A DNA stretch of 64,000 nucleotides from a bacterium (lineage in GTDB: Bacteria > RBG-13-61-14 > DATKZS01): assembly GCA_963674965.2 (NCBI GenBank), contig CAXXFL010000001.1, positions 576,001 to 640,000 of the forward strand. The letters are read 5' to 3'. Positions 19,996 to 30,544 of the stretch are shown here, piece after piece (the first letter of the stretch is position 1; each line of letters opens with the position of its first letter). A program made the position numbers and the translations under genes. The notes under the pieces are model-generated. The model had not been told where the DNA came from and made no database searches. It worked only from the letters and a program-made list of their open reading frames with translations.

Positions 19996-20565
19996 ATGAG
20001 AAATGTCCCATTTAATCATTGGGCCAAAGATAAGTTTAAATTCCTTCTTGACGAGTATGGATTTGAAATAAGTATCGATGAACAATATAAAGTTCAATAT
20101 CTTAATGAATATATGGCAATATTGATCCGCCATCATCGTTATTCATATGAAATTTCCTTAACGGCCATCATGAATATCGATGGGAAAAAACGACTATTTC
20201 CTTTACCGTGCATATTACATGGCCTTTTAGGAAAAACTCATCAGGAGCGATCATTCTATCAAGCCGTGGACGAAAAGGATATTGTTTTCTGTCTGGAAAA
20301 TATTTCAAGATTAGTGAAGAATTATTTTCCTCCTCTAATACGCTTTGATAAAGACGCGATATCCTCTATCGAGGAAGCTCGTTTTGAGATCGTAAAAGAA
20401 ACTGTTTATCAACTCGCCGTCGTGCCCGTTAAAGGAAGGGCCCTCGAAGCCTGGAGGAACAAGGAATATAATAAAGTTGTATCTCTTTATGAATCCATTC
20501 AAGAGCATTTATCTGACACGGAAGCCAAAAGATTACTATATGCCAGGAAAATCATTGAAAACTAA
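19996..20565 (+). CDS. Hypothetical protein (AT-rich)
   Basis: 189-aa ORF filling the intergenic gap; no motif recognised. Confidence 0.7.
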   Translation: MRNVPFNHWAKDKFKFLLDEYGFEISIDEQYKVQYLNEYMAILIRHHRYSYEISLTAIMNIDGKKRLFPLPCILHGLLGKTHQERSFYQAVDEKDIVFCLENISRLVKNYFPPLIRFDKDAISSIEEARFEIVKETVYQLAVVPVKGRALEAWRNKEYNKVVSLYESIQEHLSDTEAKRLLYARKIIEN

Positions 20566-20609
20566 TCTATGGATAAGCGCCAAAGTACTTTCCTGACCTT
20601 TGATAAATA

Positions 20610-21689
20610 TTAGAAAATCACGTCCTCCTCGACGCTTCTCGTTCCTTTCCACATCTTCAGCTTGGCCGTGGGTTTTCCTCTTACCGAGTAGTCGATGAAG
20701 GCGTAGGTCATTCTTCTTTGACGGCCCAGGTTGGCCACGTCCAGGTGGATGATGTCGTTCCAGGTGCCGGTGTTGATGTAGAGCTTGTCGTGGCCGAAGC
20801 GGCGGAAGGCGGGCTGGTGGTTGTGCCCGAAGATAACCGTGTGATAGCCGGGCTTGGCCAGGATTTTTTTCGCGGGCTTGTCCAACTGGGGAATGAGGGA
20901 TATGTCGCTTAAAATCTCGTAGGTGCGCCGGTAATCGGTTATGTGTTTCCACCTGCCAAAGGACAGCCTTTCCTTGACGAAGAAGTTGGCCAGCTTGACG
21001 AGGGCGGGCACGGCGAAGCGCGGATTCAAGAAGACGCTGAGCAGCATGTATCTTCCAAAGGGCTGCACCCTGTCGATATAGGGCCTTTGCCGCTTGATCT
21101 CGTTCAAGTACTCGATGACCCAGATGCTTCCCCAGGGGATGTTCAAAAGGACCTCGCCATCGTGGTTTTTAACGAAGATTTTAGCGGGGTCCATGCGATT
21201 GGCCGCCGTGTACTGGTGGCCATGCTCGACCCACACCCCGTCGAAGGCGTAATGAAAGCCCGGATAATTAACCGGCGCGCCGAGGCGTCTCGAAATCTCG
21301 TCTCTGACCTCGGGCCAGTGGATGGCCGGGTCGTGGTTGCCCACGATGTAGGTTACCCGGTGGCCGGCCGCGTCGGCGAACCTTCTCATAGCGTCGAAAA
21401 GCTCGGGATGACCCTTCCAGATGCGGCGGGTCTTCTCGAGGGCAACCTCCTTGGATATCTCGGTGGGATACTTCTCCTGGTAGTCCACTTGCAGAGTGTT
21501 CAGAAAGTCCCCGTTCAAAATCAACTCGACGTCGGCCCGCTTGTAATCTCCCGTCGAGTAATGATCGAGGAAACCGATGAAACGGGAGTCGGCCGTGAAA
21601 CACTCGAGGGGATTGACCTCGCCGTCGTCCTTTAACATTCCCGAACCGACGTGGAAATCGCTGACTACCAGCTTGCACTTATTGGGCAT
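20610..21689 (-). CDS. Calcineurin-like metallophosphoesterase
   Basis: SDFH, NGDF, GNHD, HGH, GHNH, NTGTW. Confidence 0.9.
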   Translation of the reverse strand: MPNKCKLVVSDFHVGSGMLKDDGEVNPLECFTADSRFIGFLDHYSTGDYKRADVELILNGDFLNTLQVDYQEKYPTEISKEVALEKTRRIWKGHPELFDAMRRFADAAGHRVTYIVGNHDPAIHWPEVRDEISRRLGAPVNYPGFHYAFDGVWVEHGHQYTAANRMDPAKIFVKNHDGEVLLNIPWGSIWVIEYLNEIKRQRPYIDRVQPFGRYMLLSVFLNPRFAVPALVKLANFFVKERLSFGRWKHITDYRRTYEILSDISLIPQLDKPAKKILAKPGYHTVIFGHNHQPAFRRFGHDKLYINTGTWNDIIHLDVANLGRQRRMTYAFIDYSVRGKPTAKLKMWKGTRSVEEDVIF

Positions 21690-21744
21690 TACTTCTCCCC
21701 GCCATTAAAACCGCGTGGTTGCCGTATTACTCCCGCGGCGCGGA

Positions 21745-23043
21745 TCAAGCTTCTCTACCGGTGATTTCGCGGTAGCACTCGAGGACCGACTCGTGTCCCA
21801 CGTCGCCGCCCGCGCCGGGACCTTTTAAAGAGTCTCCCACTAGAAAGAGCCCCTCCACGCCGGGTACCTTGTAGCCGGGACGCTTGCCCCGATGCTGGGA
21901 CACGTTCACCTCGACGCCGTCCACCATGGTCAGGCTGAGCGCCCTTTTCCACTCGATGGCTTCCTCGAGTCCCTTGAAGGTCCGGAAGATGGCGGCCTCG
22001 AGTTCGTCCTGCATCTTCGCGGCTTTTTCCTTGTCCGCCATTTCCTCGGGCTCGGCGGGCAGAAGCCAGGTTAGGAGCTGTTTTCCAGGCGGCGCCAACT
22101 CGGGGCAAAGGTTCGAGGTGAACATGCCGAAGGACATGGGCTTATAAAGGTACCATAACCCCGAGTCGGGAGATATCCTTCTTTTAAGTCCATAATCGAG
22201 CACCACGCCGGCCGTGGGCCGGAGGCCCTTGCAAAGGGAGACGAACTCCGGGAGAGTCAGGCCCTCCTCGAGCACCTCGAATATCTTTTGCGCCGGAAGG
22301 TTGATCACCACCCGGCCGCCCATGATTTGCTCGCCCGATTCGAGCTCGACCCCTTTGGCCTTACCGTCCTCGACGATGACCCTTTTTACCTTGGTCTCGG
22401 TCCTTATCTTTCCGTTTTCCTCGATCGCTTGAGTAAGGCAGTCGTAGATATAGGCCCATCCCCGGGTGGGATACATGGCGGAGCGGCCCTTTTGGAGCAC
22501 GCTTTTCACGTTGAGCAGCATCTCGCCCACGCTGGAGCGCTCGATATAGGGACAGACCTGCATGGAGGCGCTGACCAGATGGAAGTAATCCCTCATGCCC
22601 CCGGTGATATTATTTTGGTCCATCCAGTCCCGGACGCTCGTCTCGAGCAGGCCGGAAAGGTCCATGTTCCGGAGCTTGACCATAAGGGCCAGGGCCTTGA
22701 GCCGCTCGCCCACGCTCATGAGCCTGGTGGTTAAAAACCCGATGGGGCCGGTGGGAAAGTCCACCACCCGGCCGTCGGGAAAACCCACGAAGCTCTTGCC
22801 AAGGTCGGTGAACGCTATCTCCCGCTTAATGTGCCTGAACACCCTGGCCGTCGCGCTCTTGGGACCGAAGCGGATGAGGTGTATGCCGTTGTCCACGGTG
22901 AACCCGTCCTTTTCCCAGAGGAAAGCGCGGCCGCCCGCGTGCCTTAGCTTCTCGAGCACCAGGACTTCCTTGCCGTCCGAGGCCAGCATGGCCGCCAGTT
23001 GCAACCCGCATATGCCGCCGCCCACGAAGATGTAGTCAGGCAT
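21745..23043 (-). CDS. FAD-dependent oxidoreductase, phytoene desaturase/amine oxidase family
   Basis: VGGGICGL, LEK...GGRA, GFTVDNG, GLFLVGD. Confidence 0.88.
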   Translation of the reverse strand: MPDYIFVGGGICGLQLAAMLASDGKEVLVLEKLRHAGGRAFLWEKDGFTVDNGIHLIRFGPKSATARVFRHIKREIAFTDLGKSFVGFPDGRVVDFPTGPIGFLTTRLMSVGERLKALALMVKLRNMDLSGLLETSVRDWMDQNNITGGMRDYFHLVSASMQVCPYIERSSVGEMLLNVKSVLQKGRSAMYPTRGWAYIYDCLTQAIEENGKIRTETKVKRVIVEDGKAKGVELESGEQIMGGRVVINLPAQKIFEVLEEGLTLPEFVSLCKGLRPTAGVVLDYGLKRRISPDSGLWYLYKPMSFGMFTSNLCPELAPPGKQLLTWLLPAEPEEMADKEKAAKMQDELEAAIFRTFKGLEEAIEWKRALSLTMVDGVEVNVSQHRGKRPGYKVPGVEGLFLVGDSLKGPGAGGDVGHESVLECYREITGREA

Positions 23044-23071
23044 GGTCCCCTCCATTTGCCTCTCCTTTATT

Positions 23072-25162
23072 TTATCCCGACACCTTGAAGCTTTCGGCCA
23101 GGAGGCCGTCGGGATTGGAAGACGGCCCGACCCAAAGGAAGTAATCGATCTCCTCGACTTCCCACTCGCCGTTTTCCACGTTGTAGAAGGCCAGGTCCTT
23201 CGCGGCGACCTTCAACGAGACCGAGCGGGTCTGACCCGGCTCGAGCGCGACCTTGCCGAACGCCTTGAGTTCCCTCGGGACCCTTTCCACGCTCGATCCA
23301 TTATAGCCGACGTAGAGCTGCACTATCTCCTCGCCGGCCACCTTGCCCGCGTTGGTCACGTCGACCCTGGCCTCGATCTCCCCGTTTTTATCCATGGTCT
23401 TTTTATCGAGCCGGAGGTTCGCGTACTCGTACTCGGTATAGGACAGGCCGAAGCCGAAGTGGAACTCCGGCTCGAGCCCGTTCTTATCGAAGTAGCGGTA
23501 GCCGTGGTACTGATCTATCTCGACTTCCTTGGCCTTGCTGTCGAACTCGAAGAGCTGGGAGACCGACTTGGGCCAGGCGATGGGCAGCTTGGCCGAGGGG
23601 TTTACGTCCCCGAAAATCACGTCGGCCAGGGCGTGTCCGCCCTCCATGCCGGAGTACCAGGACATGACGATGGCCGAGACCTGGTCCTTCCAGTCACCCA
23701 TGGTGATGGCCGAGCCCCCGATGAGAACGACCACCGAGTTCGCGTTGGCCGAGGCCACCGTCTTGATGAGCCTCTCCTGGCCCTCGGCCAGGTCCAGGTC
23801 CAGGCGGTCCTTGCCCTCCTTCTCCTCCTTGGCGGTCAAGCCCACAACCAGGATTACCGCGTCGGACTCCCCGGCCTTTTTCTTTGCCGAGGAAAGCGAG
23901 CTTCCATTATCGTGGATTACCTCCACGCCTGGCCCCAGCTTCTCCGTTACTCCCTGCAGAGGCGTGACCGTGTAGGGCGGCGTGACCCTGCTCGAGCCCT
24001 TGTCCCCAATGTTGCCCACGTCCGCGAAGGGGCCAATAAGGGCGATCTTCTTTATCTTATTGGCGTCAAGAGGGAGCAGACTCTTTTCGTTCTTCAAAAG
24101 CAGGATGGATTTATGAGCGGCTTCCCGAGCCAGCCCGGCGTGCTCGGTCCCGGCGATCATGGACGCGTCGTAGTTCGAGCTATCCACCTCGAAGCGGAAC
24201 TTCTGGCGAAGAATTCGGGTGACCGCCTCGTCGATCACCGCCTCGGAGACCTCGCCTCTTTTCACGGCCCGCTCGAGCTTGGAGCCGAAATTCTCCGGAC
24301 TGGGCATTTCCACGTCAAGCCCCGCGTTGGCCGCCTCGACCGTGTCCTCCACCGCGCTCACCCAGTCGGAGATGACCAGCCCGTCGAACTTCCACTCGCC
24401 CTTCAAAATATCGCGAAGGAGGTGATCGTTGTGAGCGCAAAGTTCTCCGTTCAGGTCGTTATAGGCGCTCATCACGGAAGCCGCGCCGTCCTCGACGCAT
24501 TTCTTGAAATGAGGCAGATAGATTTCGCGCAGGGTCCGCTCGTCGACCTTGGCGTTCACGTAGAAGCGCGAGTCGTCGATATTATTGACGGCGAAATGCT
24601 TGGGACAGGCCATGACGTGCTTCTGTATGCCCCTTACGTTGGCCGAGCCCATAAGGCTCATGTGATGGGGGTCCTCCCCGTAGGTCTCCTGGGCCCTGCC
24701 CCAGCTCGGGTGGCGAAGTATGTTTATGCACGGAGCGAGAAGCATGTTCCCCTCGAAGGCGGCCGTCTCGTAACCCATGGCGACTCCGATCCTTTCCTCG
24801 AGGTCCGGGTCCCATGAGGCGCCCCTGGCCGCGCCCACGGGAAAACAGGTGGACTTGTAAAACAGACCCACCCCGCGGGGACCGTCAAGGCACTTGAGGG
24901 CGGGCACGCCCAGCCTCGAGTTGGCGGGCGTATAACCGGTGTACCGCTTGCCCTTTATCGACGCCGCGTTCAGGACGTCCTTCATCAGCCAGCCCGACAT
25001 CTGCTGGACTTTCTCCTTGAGGGTCATTTGGCCTAGCACCTCGGCCACTTTCGCCTCGATCTCCGAATCGCCAAGACCGGAAGGCCCGGCAAGAGTTGTC
25101 CCGGGAATACCGATAATCGCCGCCGCCGCTCCGGCCGCCTTTAAAAAGTCTCTACGGTCCAT
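23072..25162 (-). CDS. Tat-exported GH3 beta-glucosidase
   Basis: MDRRDFLK Tat signal; MTLKEK, DGPRG, KHF, VISDW, FGFGLSYT, Fn3-like tail. Confidence 0.94.
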   Translation of the reverse strand: MDRRDFLKAAGAAAAIIGIPGTTLAGPSGLGDSEIEAKVAEVLGQMTLKEKVQQMSGWLMKDVLNAASIKGKRYTGYTPANSRLGVPALKCLDGPRGVGLFYKSTCFPVGAARGASWDPDLEERIGVAMGYETAAFEGNMLLAPCINILRHPSWGRAQETYGEDPHHMSLMGSANVRGIQKHVMACPKHFAVNNIDDSRFYVNAKVDERTLREIYLPHFKKCVEDGAASVMSAYNDLNGELCAHNDHLLRDILKGEWKFDGLVISDWVSAVEDTVEAANAGLDVEMPSPENFGSKLERAVKRGEVSEAVIDEAVTRILRQKFRFEVDSSNYDASMIAGTEHAGLAREAAHKSILLLKNEKSLLPLDANKIKKIALIGPFADVGNIGDKGSSRVTPPYTVTPLQGVTEKLGPGVEVIHDNGSSLSSAKKKAGESDAVILVVGLTAKEEKEGKDRLDLDLAEGQERLIKTVASANANSVVVLIGGSAITMGDWKDQVSAIVMSWYSGMEGGHALADVIFGDVNPSAKLPIAWPKSVSQLFEFDSKAKEVEIDQYHGYRYFDKNGLEPEFHFGFGLSYTEYEYANLRLDKKTMDKNGEIEARVDVTNAGKVAGEEIVQLYVGYNGSSVERVPRELKAFGKVALEPGQTRSVSLKVAAKDLAFYNVENGEWEVEEIDYFLWVGPSSNPDGLLAESFKVSG

Positions 25163-25378
25163 GATATGCTCCTTTCCAATATTTCGGTTGAATCGTGAAG
25201 CGGCGCCTGGTGACGCCGCGAGATTTTTCACGCGCCCTTCGAAGTGATCTAATTGTATTCGCGCCGGATAGCTAAATCAACCTGATGGACCTTACTTCGC
25301 GTTTTTATCCGGGCCGGACGGGAACGTTTCGCTACTATGGAGGTCTTACCATGACCATCGAGTTTTCAGGGAGCGGCC

Positions 25379-26107
25379 ATGGATCATGAAGATAAAAAAG
25401 CAATAGTCGTCGGGGCCTCCTCGGGGATAGGACGCGAACTGGCGCTACTTCTCGGGCAAAAGGGCTACCGGGTTGGACTGACGGCCAGGCGGGAAGACCT
25501 GCTATATGAGCTGCAAAAGCTCATACCCGGGTCGATCGTCAAAAAAATAGACGTCTCGAAAGCGGATGAAACCATGGAGGACCTTGAGGCCCTCGTTGCC
25601 GAGCTCGGCGGTCTGGACCTTATCATATTATCCGCCGGGACCGGCCATCTGAACGACGATCTTGAATGGCCCCTCGAGCTGGATACCATCGAGGTAAACG
25701 TCAAAGGTTTTGCCGCCTCGGCCAACGTGGCCATGCGCTATTTCATCGATGCGGGAAAAGGACACCTGGTGGGGATTTCCTCGATAGCCGCTTTGAGAGG
25801 GTCCGCGGCGGCCCCGGCTTATTACGCTTCCAAGGCGTTTGTTTCCAATTATTTACAGGGCCTTAGACATAAAGCCGTCAAGCTGGACCTGCCCATAATC
25901 ATTACGGACATCCAGCCGGGACTGGTCGATACGGCCATGGCCCAGGGCGAAGGTCTGTTCTGGGTCCAGCCTCCCAAGAAAGCCGCCGCCCAAATCATGA
26001 AAGCCATCGAACGGAAAAAAAAGCACGCCTACGTCACCAGAAGATGGAGAATTATCGCGTGGCTCTTCAAGATTCTGCCCGACGCGATCTATCATAAAAT
26101 GGGGTGA
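25379..26107 (+). CDS. SDR family oxidoreductase
   Basis: GASSGIG, ISSIAA, YYASK. Confidence 0.92.
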   Translation: MDHEDKKAIVVGASSGIGRELALLLGQKGYRVGLTARREDLLYELQKLIPGSIVKKIDVSKADETMEDLEALVAELGGLDLIILSAGTGHLNDDLEWPLELDTIEVNVKGFAASANVAMRYFIDAGKGHLVGISSIAALRGSAAAPAYYASKAFVSNYLQGLRHKAVKLDLPIIITDIQPGLVDTAMAQGEGLFWVQPPKKAAAQIMKAIERKKKHAYVTRRWRIIAWLFKILPDAIYHKMG

Positions 26108-26255
26108 CTGCTTCGAGACCTCCTGAAAGCGCGGTCATTTCCAGAGTCGGCTTTGCAGCTTATTAAACAAATCCGATAGTCAAACGCCGTCTCCAGGGTC
26201 CTTTACTTGAACGACCTTGGTCTTGGCTGTTATTTTATAAGGCGGGAGGGTTTGG

Positions 26256-27371
26256 ATGGAATATTTTATGAACCTCTTGTCAATAGAGGACCTGGATTAC
26301 GGAGTCTATCGCTACGCCGCCGCTTTCGGGGCCATATTTCTCGGTTTTCTGCTTAAACGACTTACCGTCTTTATTTCCACTAAATTAAAAAAAGTCACGG
26401 AGAAGACCGAGTTCCGCTACGACGACATACTTATCGAATCTCTTATCGCCCCGATCGGTTGGGCCTTCCTTATACTCGGCGTTTACCTTGCCACGCTGTT
26501 TTTGCCCATTCCAGACGAGCCGGTGAACTTCCGCTTTTTCGTTTCCGCCCTTGTTCGCTCGGCCACGGCCATTATCATTATCTGGATTATCGCGGGCCTT
26601 ATCGACCGCTTGACCCAGCTCTGGTCGGAGAAGGCGACCGAGACCGACACCCGGCTGGACGACCAATTCATTCCCATCGTACGCTCGGCCAGCCGCGTGT
26701 TCTTCGTTCTTATCGGGGTGGTCCTGGTGCTCCAGAACCTTGGCTACTCGGTGACCAGTCTTGTGGCCGGGTTCGGCCTTGGCGGCGCGGCCGTGGCCCT
26801 GGCCTCCAAGGACTCCCTTTCCAATCTGTTCGGCTCGATAGTGATATTCCTCGACCGCCCCTTCCAGATCGGGGACTGGATCGAGATAGGACCGATCGAG
26901 GGGACCGTCGAGGAAGTGGGACTTCGCACCACGAAAATCAGGACCTTTCCCAACAGCCTCATCACCATGCCCAACGCCATGCTGACCACCACCGCCATCA
27001 ACAACTGGTCGCGCATGAAGAAGCGCCGAATAAAAACGACCATCGGCATAACCTATGACGCCGCGCCGGACCGGATCGAGGCCGCCGTCCAGTCCATAAA
27101 AGACGTAATCTTAAACGACCCGAAAATCCGAAACGATTTCTTTCTCGTCAACTTTGCCGGATTTGGAGAATCGTCCCTCGAGATTTTCATCTATTGCTTC
27201 ACCGTGACCACCAACTGGGCCGAATACATGGACGCCAAGCAGGAGTTTTTCCTGGCCATCATGAAAAGGTTCCGCGAGCTGGGCCTCGAGTTCGCCTTCC
27301 CGACCAGGACCGTTCACCTGGCGCCAGGCGCTTACGATGCCCTCGAGCCGGGCCGGGAGTATCCCGAGTAA
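26256..27371 (+). CDS. mscS: Small-conductance mechanosensitive channel family protein
   Basis: GFGLGGAAVALASKD, DRPFQIGD, GLRTTKIR, FAFPTRT. Confidence 0.93.
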   Translation: MEYFMNLLSIEDLDYGVYRYAAAFGAIFLGFLLKRLTVFISTKLKKVTEKTEFRYDDILIESLIAPIGWAFLILGVYLATLFLPIPDEPVNFRFFVSALVRSATAIIIIWIIAGLIDRLTQLWSEKATETDTRLDDQFIPIVRSASRVFFVLIGVVLVLQNLGYSVTSLVAGFGLGGAAVALASKDSLSNLFGSIVIFLDRPFQIGDWIEIGPIEGTVEEVGLRTTKIRTFPNSLITMPNAMLTTTAINNWSRMKKRRIKTTIGITYDAAPDRIEAAVQSIKDVILNDPKIRNDFFLVNFAGFGESSLEIFIYCFTVTTNWAEYMDAKQEFFLAIMKRFRELGLEFAFPTRTVHLAPGAYDALEPGREYPE

Positions 27372-27509
27372 CAATTCTGACTTCCATATATGGACGCGCC
27401 GCTTTTGCTAACCGATCGGGACCCCGATAAAGCGGCATCGTCCTCGGGCGGAGTAATCTCCTCGGGTCCGGGAAATTATGGCGCGGTTTAACAATTTTTG
27501 ATTAAACGG

Positions 27510-27722
27510 CTTTTTACGGGTCCAGAGCATGACGTCCGGCGAGAAAACCGCGCCCGGGCCGTGAGCCGCGGCCATGACGATCACGCTTTTGGCGGTGGGC
27601 ATAAGGTCGGTCGCCGGCCTGGGAGGATGGGCGAGGATGAGGTCCCTCGCGCCGGCAATGCCCACCAGATCGATCCCACCGGCAAGCAAGTGCCTTTTAA
27701 TCTCGGAGGCGGTTATCTCCAT
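27510..27722 (-). pseudogene. N-terminal fragment of a QueG-like Fe-S protein
   Basis: GIDLVGIA...PATDLMPTAKSVIVMA resembles the QueG-family N-terminus; similarity stops after about 70 aa; no Fe-S motifs. Confidence 0.55.
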
Positions 27723-27739
27723 CTTCCATCTCCTCCGCT

Positions 27740-28732
27740 TTACCAAAGAAGCTCAAGGACATAATACGTTGGTGGGTGGCTCTTTAATGGACTGAGTACA
27801 ATTTCGCCTTTATTGGAGATATCATAAACATGTAGGCGTGAATCACTTAAAGAGGGTGGCAACTCAATCTTTCTGATATTTTGCGAAATGCAAGAATAAA
27901 CAAATAGCTCGTCTCTTCCACAAGCTCCATTGTCTGCTCCCTCCAACAAATCCCCACATTCATTTAAGTCCCATCGAAAACTCCATTTTCTAGCTAATAT
28001 TGACATGCCGTCCGGGAACCATCCAACATATTCATAAAATGGAATATGTAAATTTGAAGGAGGAGGGTCAGGAATAACAATGTTTTTATCTTCTCCTGTA
28101 GGCAGGAGAAACTCCTCCTTGGTTATTGTGTTATATAAAAGGCTTCTTCTTCCATCATTAACTAATATTGTAAAACCGTTTGGGCTGTTAAGTATAATTG
28201 AGCTCATCTCGTTCGAGATATTTCGTAGGGTTATCTTTTCATCGGGACGCTCTTCATGAGTAATATATTTTATCCCACCGCTATCTTTCAAATAATAGCC
28301 CGATTGAATGACGTCGTAAGTCATTTTTTGATGGCAGCCATCTGAAGCGGCCCCATAAACCTTTAATAAATTTCTTCCGTAATATTCATTTCCCTCAATA
28401 TCATCTATAGTTATTTTACCATTACTCGGCTTTAATGTATCTCTATCGAGAAGAATATATGCATTTTGTGAATTGGTCGCGAGTACGTCGCTGCCTATCC
28501 AGTAATTTAATATGTATTCGCCAGTTGTCTTTATCTGAACGGTATTTCCATCAACGAAAAACAATTGTCCGTTGCCTAAAAGATAATTTACATCGCTTCG
28601 ACAGCACGTCAATCCAGTAATGGACTTTGCCGAACTAAATTGATATTTGATTTTACTTTTGACGGGTCCCGTATCGGTGAAATTCAGACACAGTAACGCG
28701 GCAATTATTAAAAGAAATTTTGCTGGCTTCAT
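27740..28732 (-). CDS. Secreted hypothetical protein (AT-rich, possibly beta-propeller)
   Basis: Signal peptide MKPAKFLLIIAALLCL; GWFPDG motif; TAAGGAG RBS. Confidence 0.7.
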   Translation of the reverse strand: MKPAKFLLIIAALLCLNFTDTGPVKSKIKYQFSSAKSITGLTCCRSDVNYLLGNGQLFFVDGNTVQIKTTGEYILNYWIGSDVLATNSQNAYILLDRDTLKPSNGKITIDDIEGNEYYGRNLLKVYGAASDGCHQKMTYDVIQSGYYLKDSGGIKYITHEERPDEKITLRNISNEMSSIILNSPNGFTILVNDGRRSLLYNTITKEEFLLPTGEDKNIVIPDPPPSNLHIPFYEYVGWFPDGMSILARKWSFRWDLNECGDLLEGADNGACGRDELFVYSCISQNIRKIELPPSLSDSRLHVYDISNKGEIVLSPLKSHPPTYYVLELLW

Positions 28733-28842
28733 TTCGTCTCCTTATGCGGTTACCATGTCGTCCTTTTCAGCGATAAAGGTCCCGAAGTTTTGGGGACATT
28801 TTGTCGAATTCCTCTTTGGCCCGGTCTGGCCCTCTGTGCCAA

Positions 28843-29610
28843 TGTAGATGAGACACTTCCCCTATGTTAAATTACTGTAGGGCGGGGGAGGTATTAGGAT
28901 GTATAGAGAGATGGATGAAGACGGGAAGAAGGCAGGGATTGTTGGGGAGACGGAGGGAGCCCGTAGGGCGACCGGAGTCTCCCCAACCGGGACGTCCGAG
29001 CCGGATGACACTCCGGCCAAGCGGCCCGAGCGGGGAGGGGCGCCGATCATTCTTCCCGACCCGGAGGTCCCGGAAAAGCCCGCCCGGCGGCGCTTCACCG
29101 CGGCTTACAAGCTCGCAATCCTCGGGAAGGCCGACGCCTGCTCGGGGCATGGCGAGGTCGGCGCCCTGCTGCGCCGGGAGGGCCTTTATTCGTCGCGCCT
29201 GACGGCCTGGCGCAAGCAGCGGGACGAGGGGGCCTTGAAAGCGCTTTCGCCCGTAAAGCGGGGCCGCAAGCCCAAGACCAAAAACCCGCTGGCCGATGAA
29301 GTGGCCCGCCTCGAGCGCGAGAACCGGAAGCTCCAAAAGCGGCTCGAACAGGCCGAGATGATAATCGACTTCCAAAAAAAAGTTGCCGATCTGCTGGGGA
29401 TACCCCTGGCCAAGCCGCCCGGCGAAGAGAGCGAATGATGGAATCGGCAAGCACGGCCGCTCCCCGGGTCGGCGTCAAGGCCGCCTGCGAGGCCCTGGGC
29501 CTGTCGCGGGCAACGTTCAATCGCCGCGCTAAAATTCCCTTCGGGCCTCCGCCGCCGAGGCGCGCGGCCAAGCCGGCAAGGTCGTTAAGCGAGGACGAGC
29601 GGCGCCGCTT
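28843..29610 (+). mobile_element. Truncated IS3-family insertion sequence
   Basis: Left end begins TGTAGATGAGACAC; orfA and the start of orfB present; no DDE domain or right end. Confidence 0.85.
28899..29438 (+). CDS. IS3-family transposase OrfA
   Basis: RRRFTAAYKLAIL, ALLRREGLYSSRLTAWRKQ, leucine zipper, IIDFQKKVADLLG. Confidence 0.9.
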   Translation: MYREMDEDGKKAGIVGETEGARRATGVSPTGTSEPDDTPAKRPERGGAPIILPDPEVPEKPARRRFTAAYKLAILGKADACSGHGEVGALLRREGLYSSRLTAWRKQRDEGALKALSPVKRGRKPKTKNPLADEVARLERENRKLQKRLEQAEMIIDFQKKVADLLGIPLAKPPGEESE

Positions 29611-29614
29611 TTAA
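29435..29614 (+). pseudogene. IS3-family OrfB N-terminal remnant
   Basis: My translation MMESASTAAPRVGVKAACEALGLSRATFNR...PARSLSEDERRRF* ends at the metF stop. Confidence 0.8.
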
Positions 29615-30516
29615 TTCCGCACCACCTCGATCTCGGCGTGCTTGAGGATTTGGGGGACGATATCGGTCCAGCCGAGGGGCATGATATGGACGCCCTGCAC
29701 CATGGGCTTTATTTCTTTGATGAAGTTTCCCATCATCTCGGCGGCCTTCTTTTTGCGGTCATCCTTGCCGACCGAGCCGATCTCCTCGATCCACGAGTCG
29801 GGCACGGTGATGCCCGAGACGTTCCGGTTCATGAACTTGCCCATCTGGGGGGACTTGAGCACGACCACGCCGAGCTGGATGGGCCGTCCGAACTTTTCGG
29901 CCTTCTTGATGAACTCGGAGAAAATCTTCTTGTCGTAAACCGCCTGGGTCTGGAACCACTCGGCGCCCTCGTCGACCTTCTTTTTCATTTTCAGGAGCTG
30001 GAGGTCCAGGGGCTCGAAGTTGGGGTTGACCACCGCGCCGATGGCCATGTCGGGCGGGTTCTCGATCTCGTTTCCCACCATGTCGCGGCCTTCCCGAAGC
30101 TCGCGGGCCATTTTGATGAGCTGTACCGAGTCGATGTCGAACACGGGCTTGGCCTGCTTGTGGTCGCCGAGCTTGATATGGTCTCCCGTCAGCAGGAGCA
30201 TGTTGTCGATGCCCAGGGAATAGGCGGTGAGGACGTCCGACTGGAGGGCGATGCGGTTTCGGTCGCGGCAGGTAAGCTGATAGATGGGCTCGTGTCCTTT
30301 TTTCTTGAGCTGCACGCAGGCGGCGAGTGACCCCAGCCGCATGACCGCGCTCTGGTTGTCGGTCACGTTGATGGCGTGGGTCGTGCCGGACAGGGCCAGG
30401 GCCTCCTTGGCGCAGCCGGGCGTGATATAGGGGTCGCGGGGCACGGCGCCCTTGATGGGACCCACTTCTCCGGTTACGACGAACGTTCCCTTGTCGAATA
30501 ATTCGGTAATCTTCAT
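29611..30516 (-). CDS. metF: Methylenetetrahydrofolate reductase
   Basis: NVTDNQ, TCRDRNRIALQS, LTGD, GAEWFQTQ. Confidence 0.93.
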   Translation of the reverse strand: MKITELFDKGTFVVTGEVGPIKGAVPRDPYITPGCAKEALALSGTTHAINVTDNQSAVMRLGSLAACVQLKKKGHEPIYQLTCRDRNRIALQSDVLTAYSLGIDNMLLLTGDHIKLGDHKQAKPVFDIDSVQLIKMARELREGRDMVGNEIENPPDMAIGAVVNPNFEPLDLQLLKMKKKVDEGAEWFQTQAVYDKKIFSEFIKKAEKFGRPIQLGVVVLKSPQMGKFMNRNVSGITVPDSWIEEIGSVGKDDRKKKAAEMMGNFIKEIKPMVQGVHIMPLGWTDIVPQILKHAEIEVVRN

Positions 30517-30544
30517 GATATGGTCTCCATTCTCGAGATTGGCT

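Noticed and set aside
28790-28800. TGGGGACA as another TIR copy
   Set aside because: Only 8 bp match, with no flanking similarity; expected by chance.
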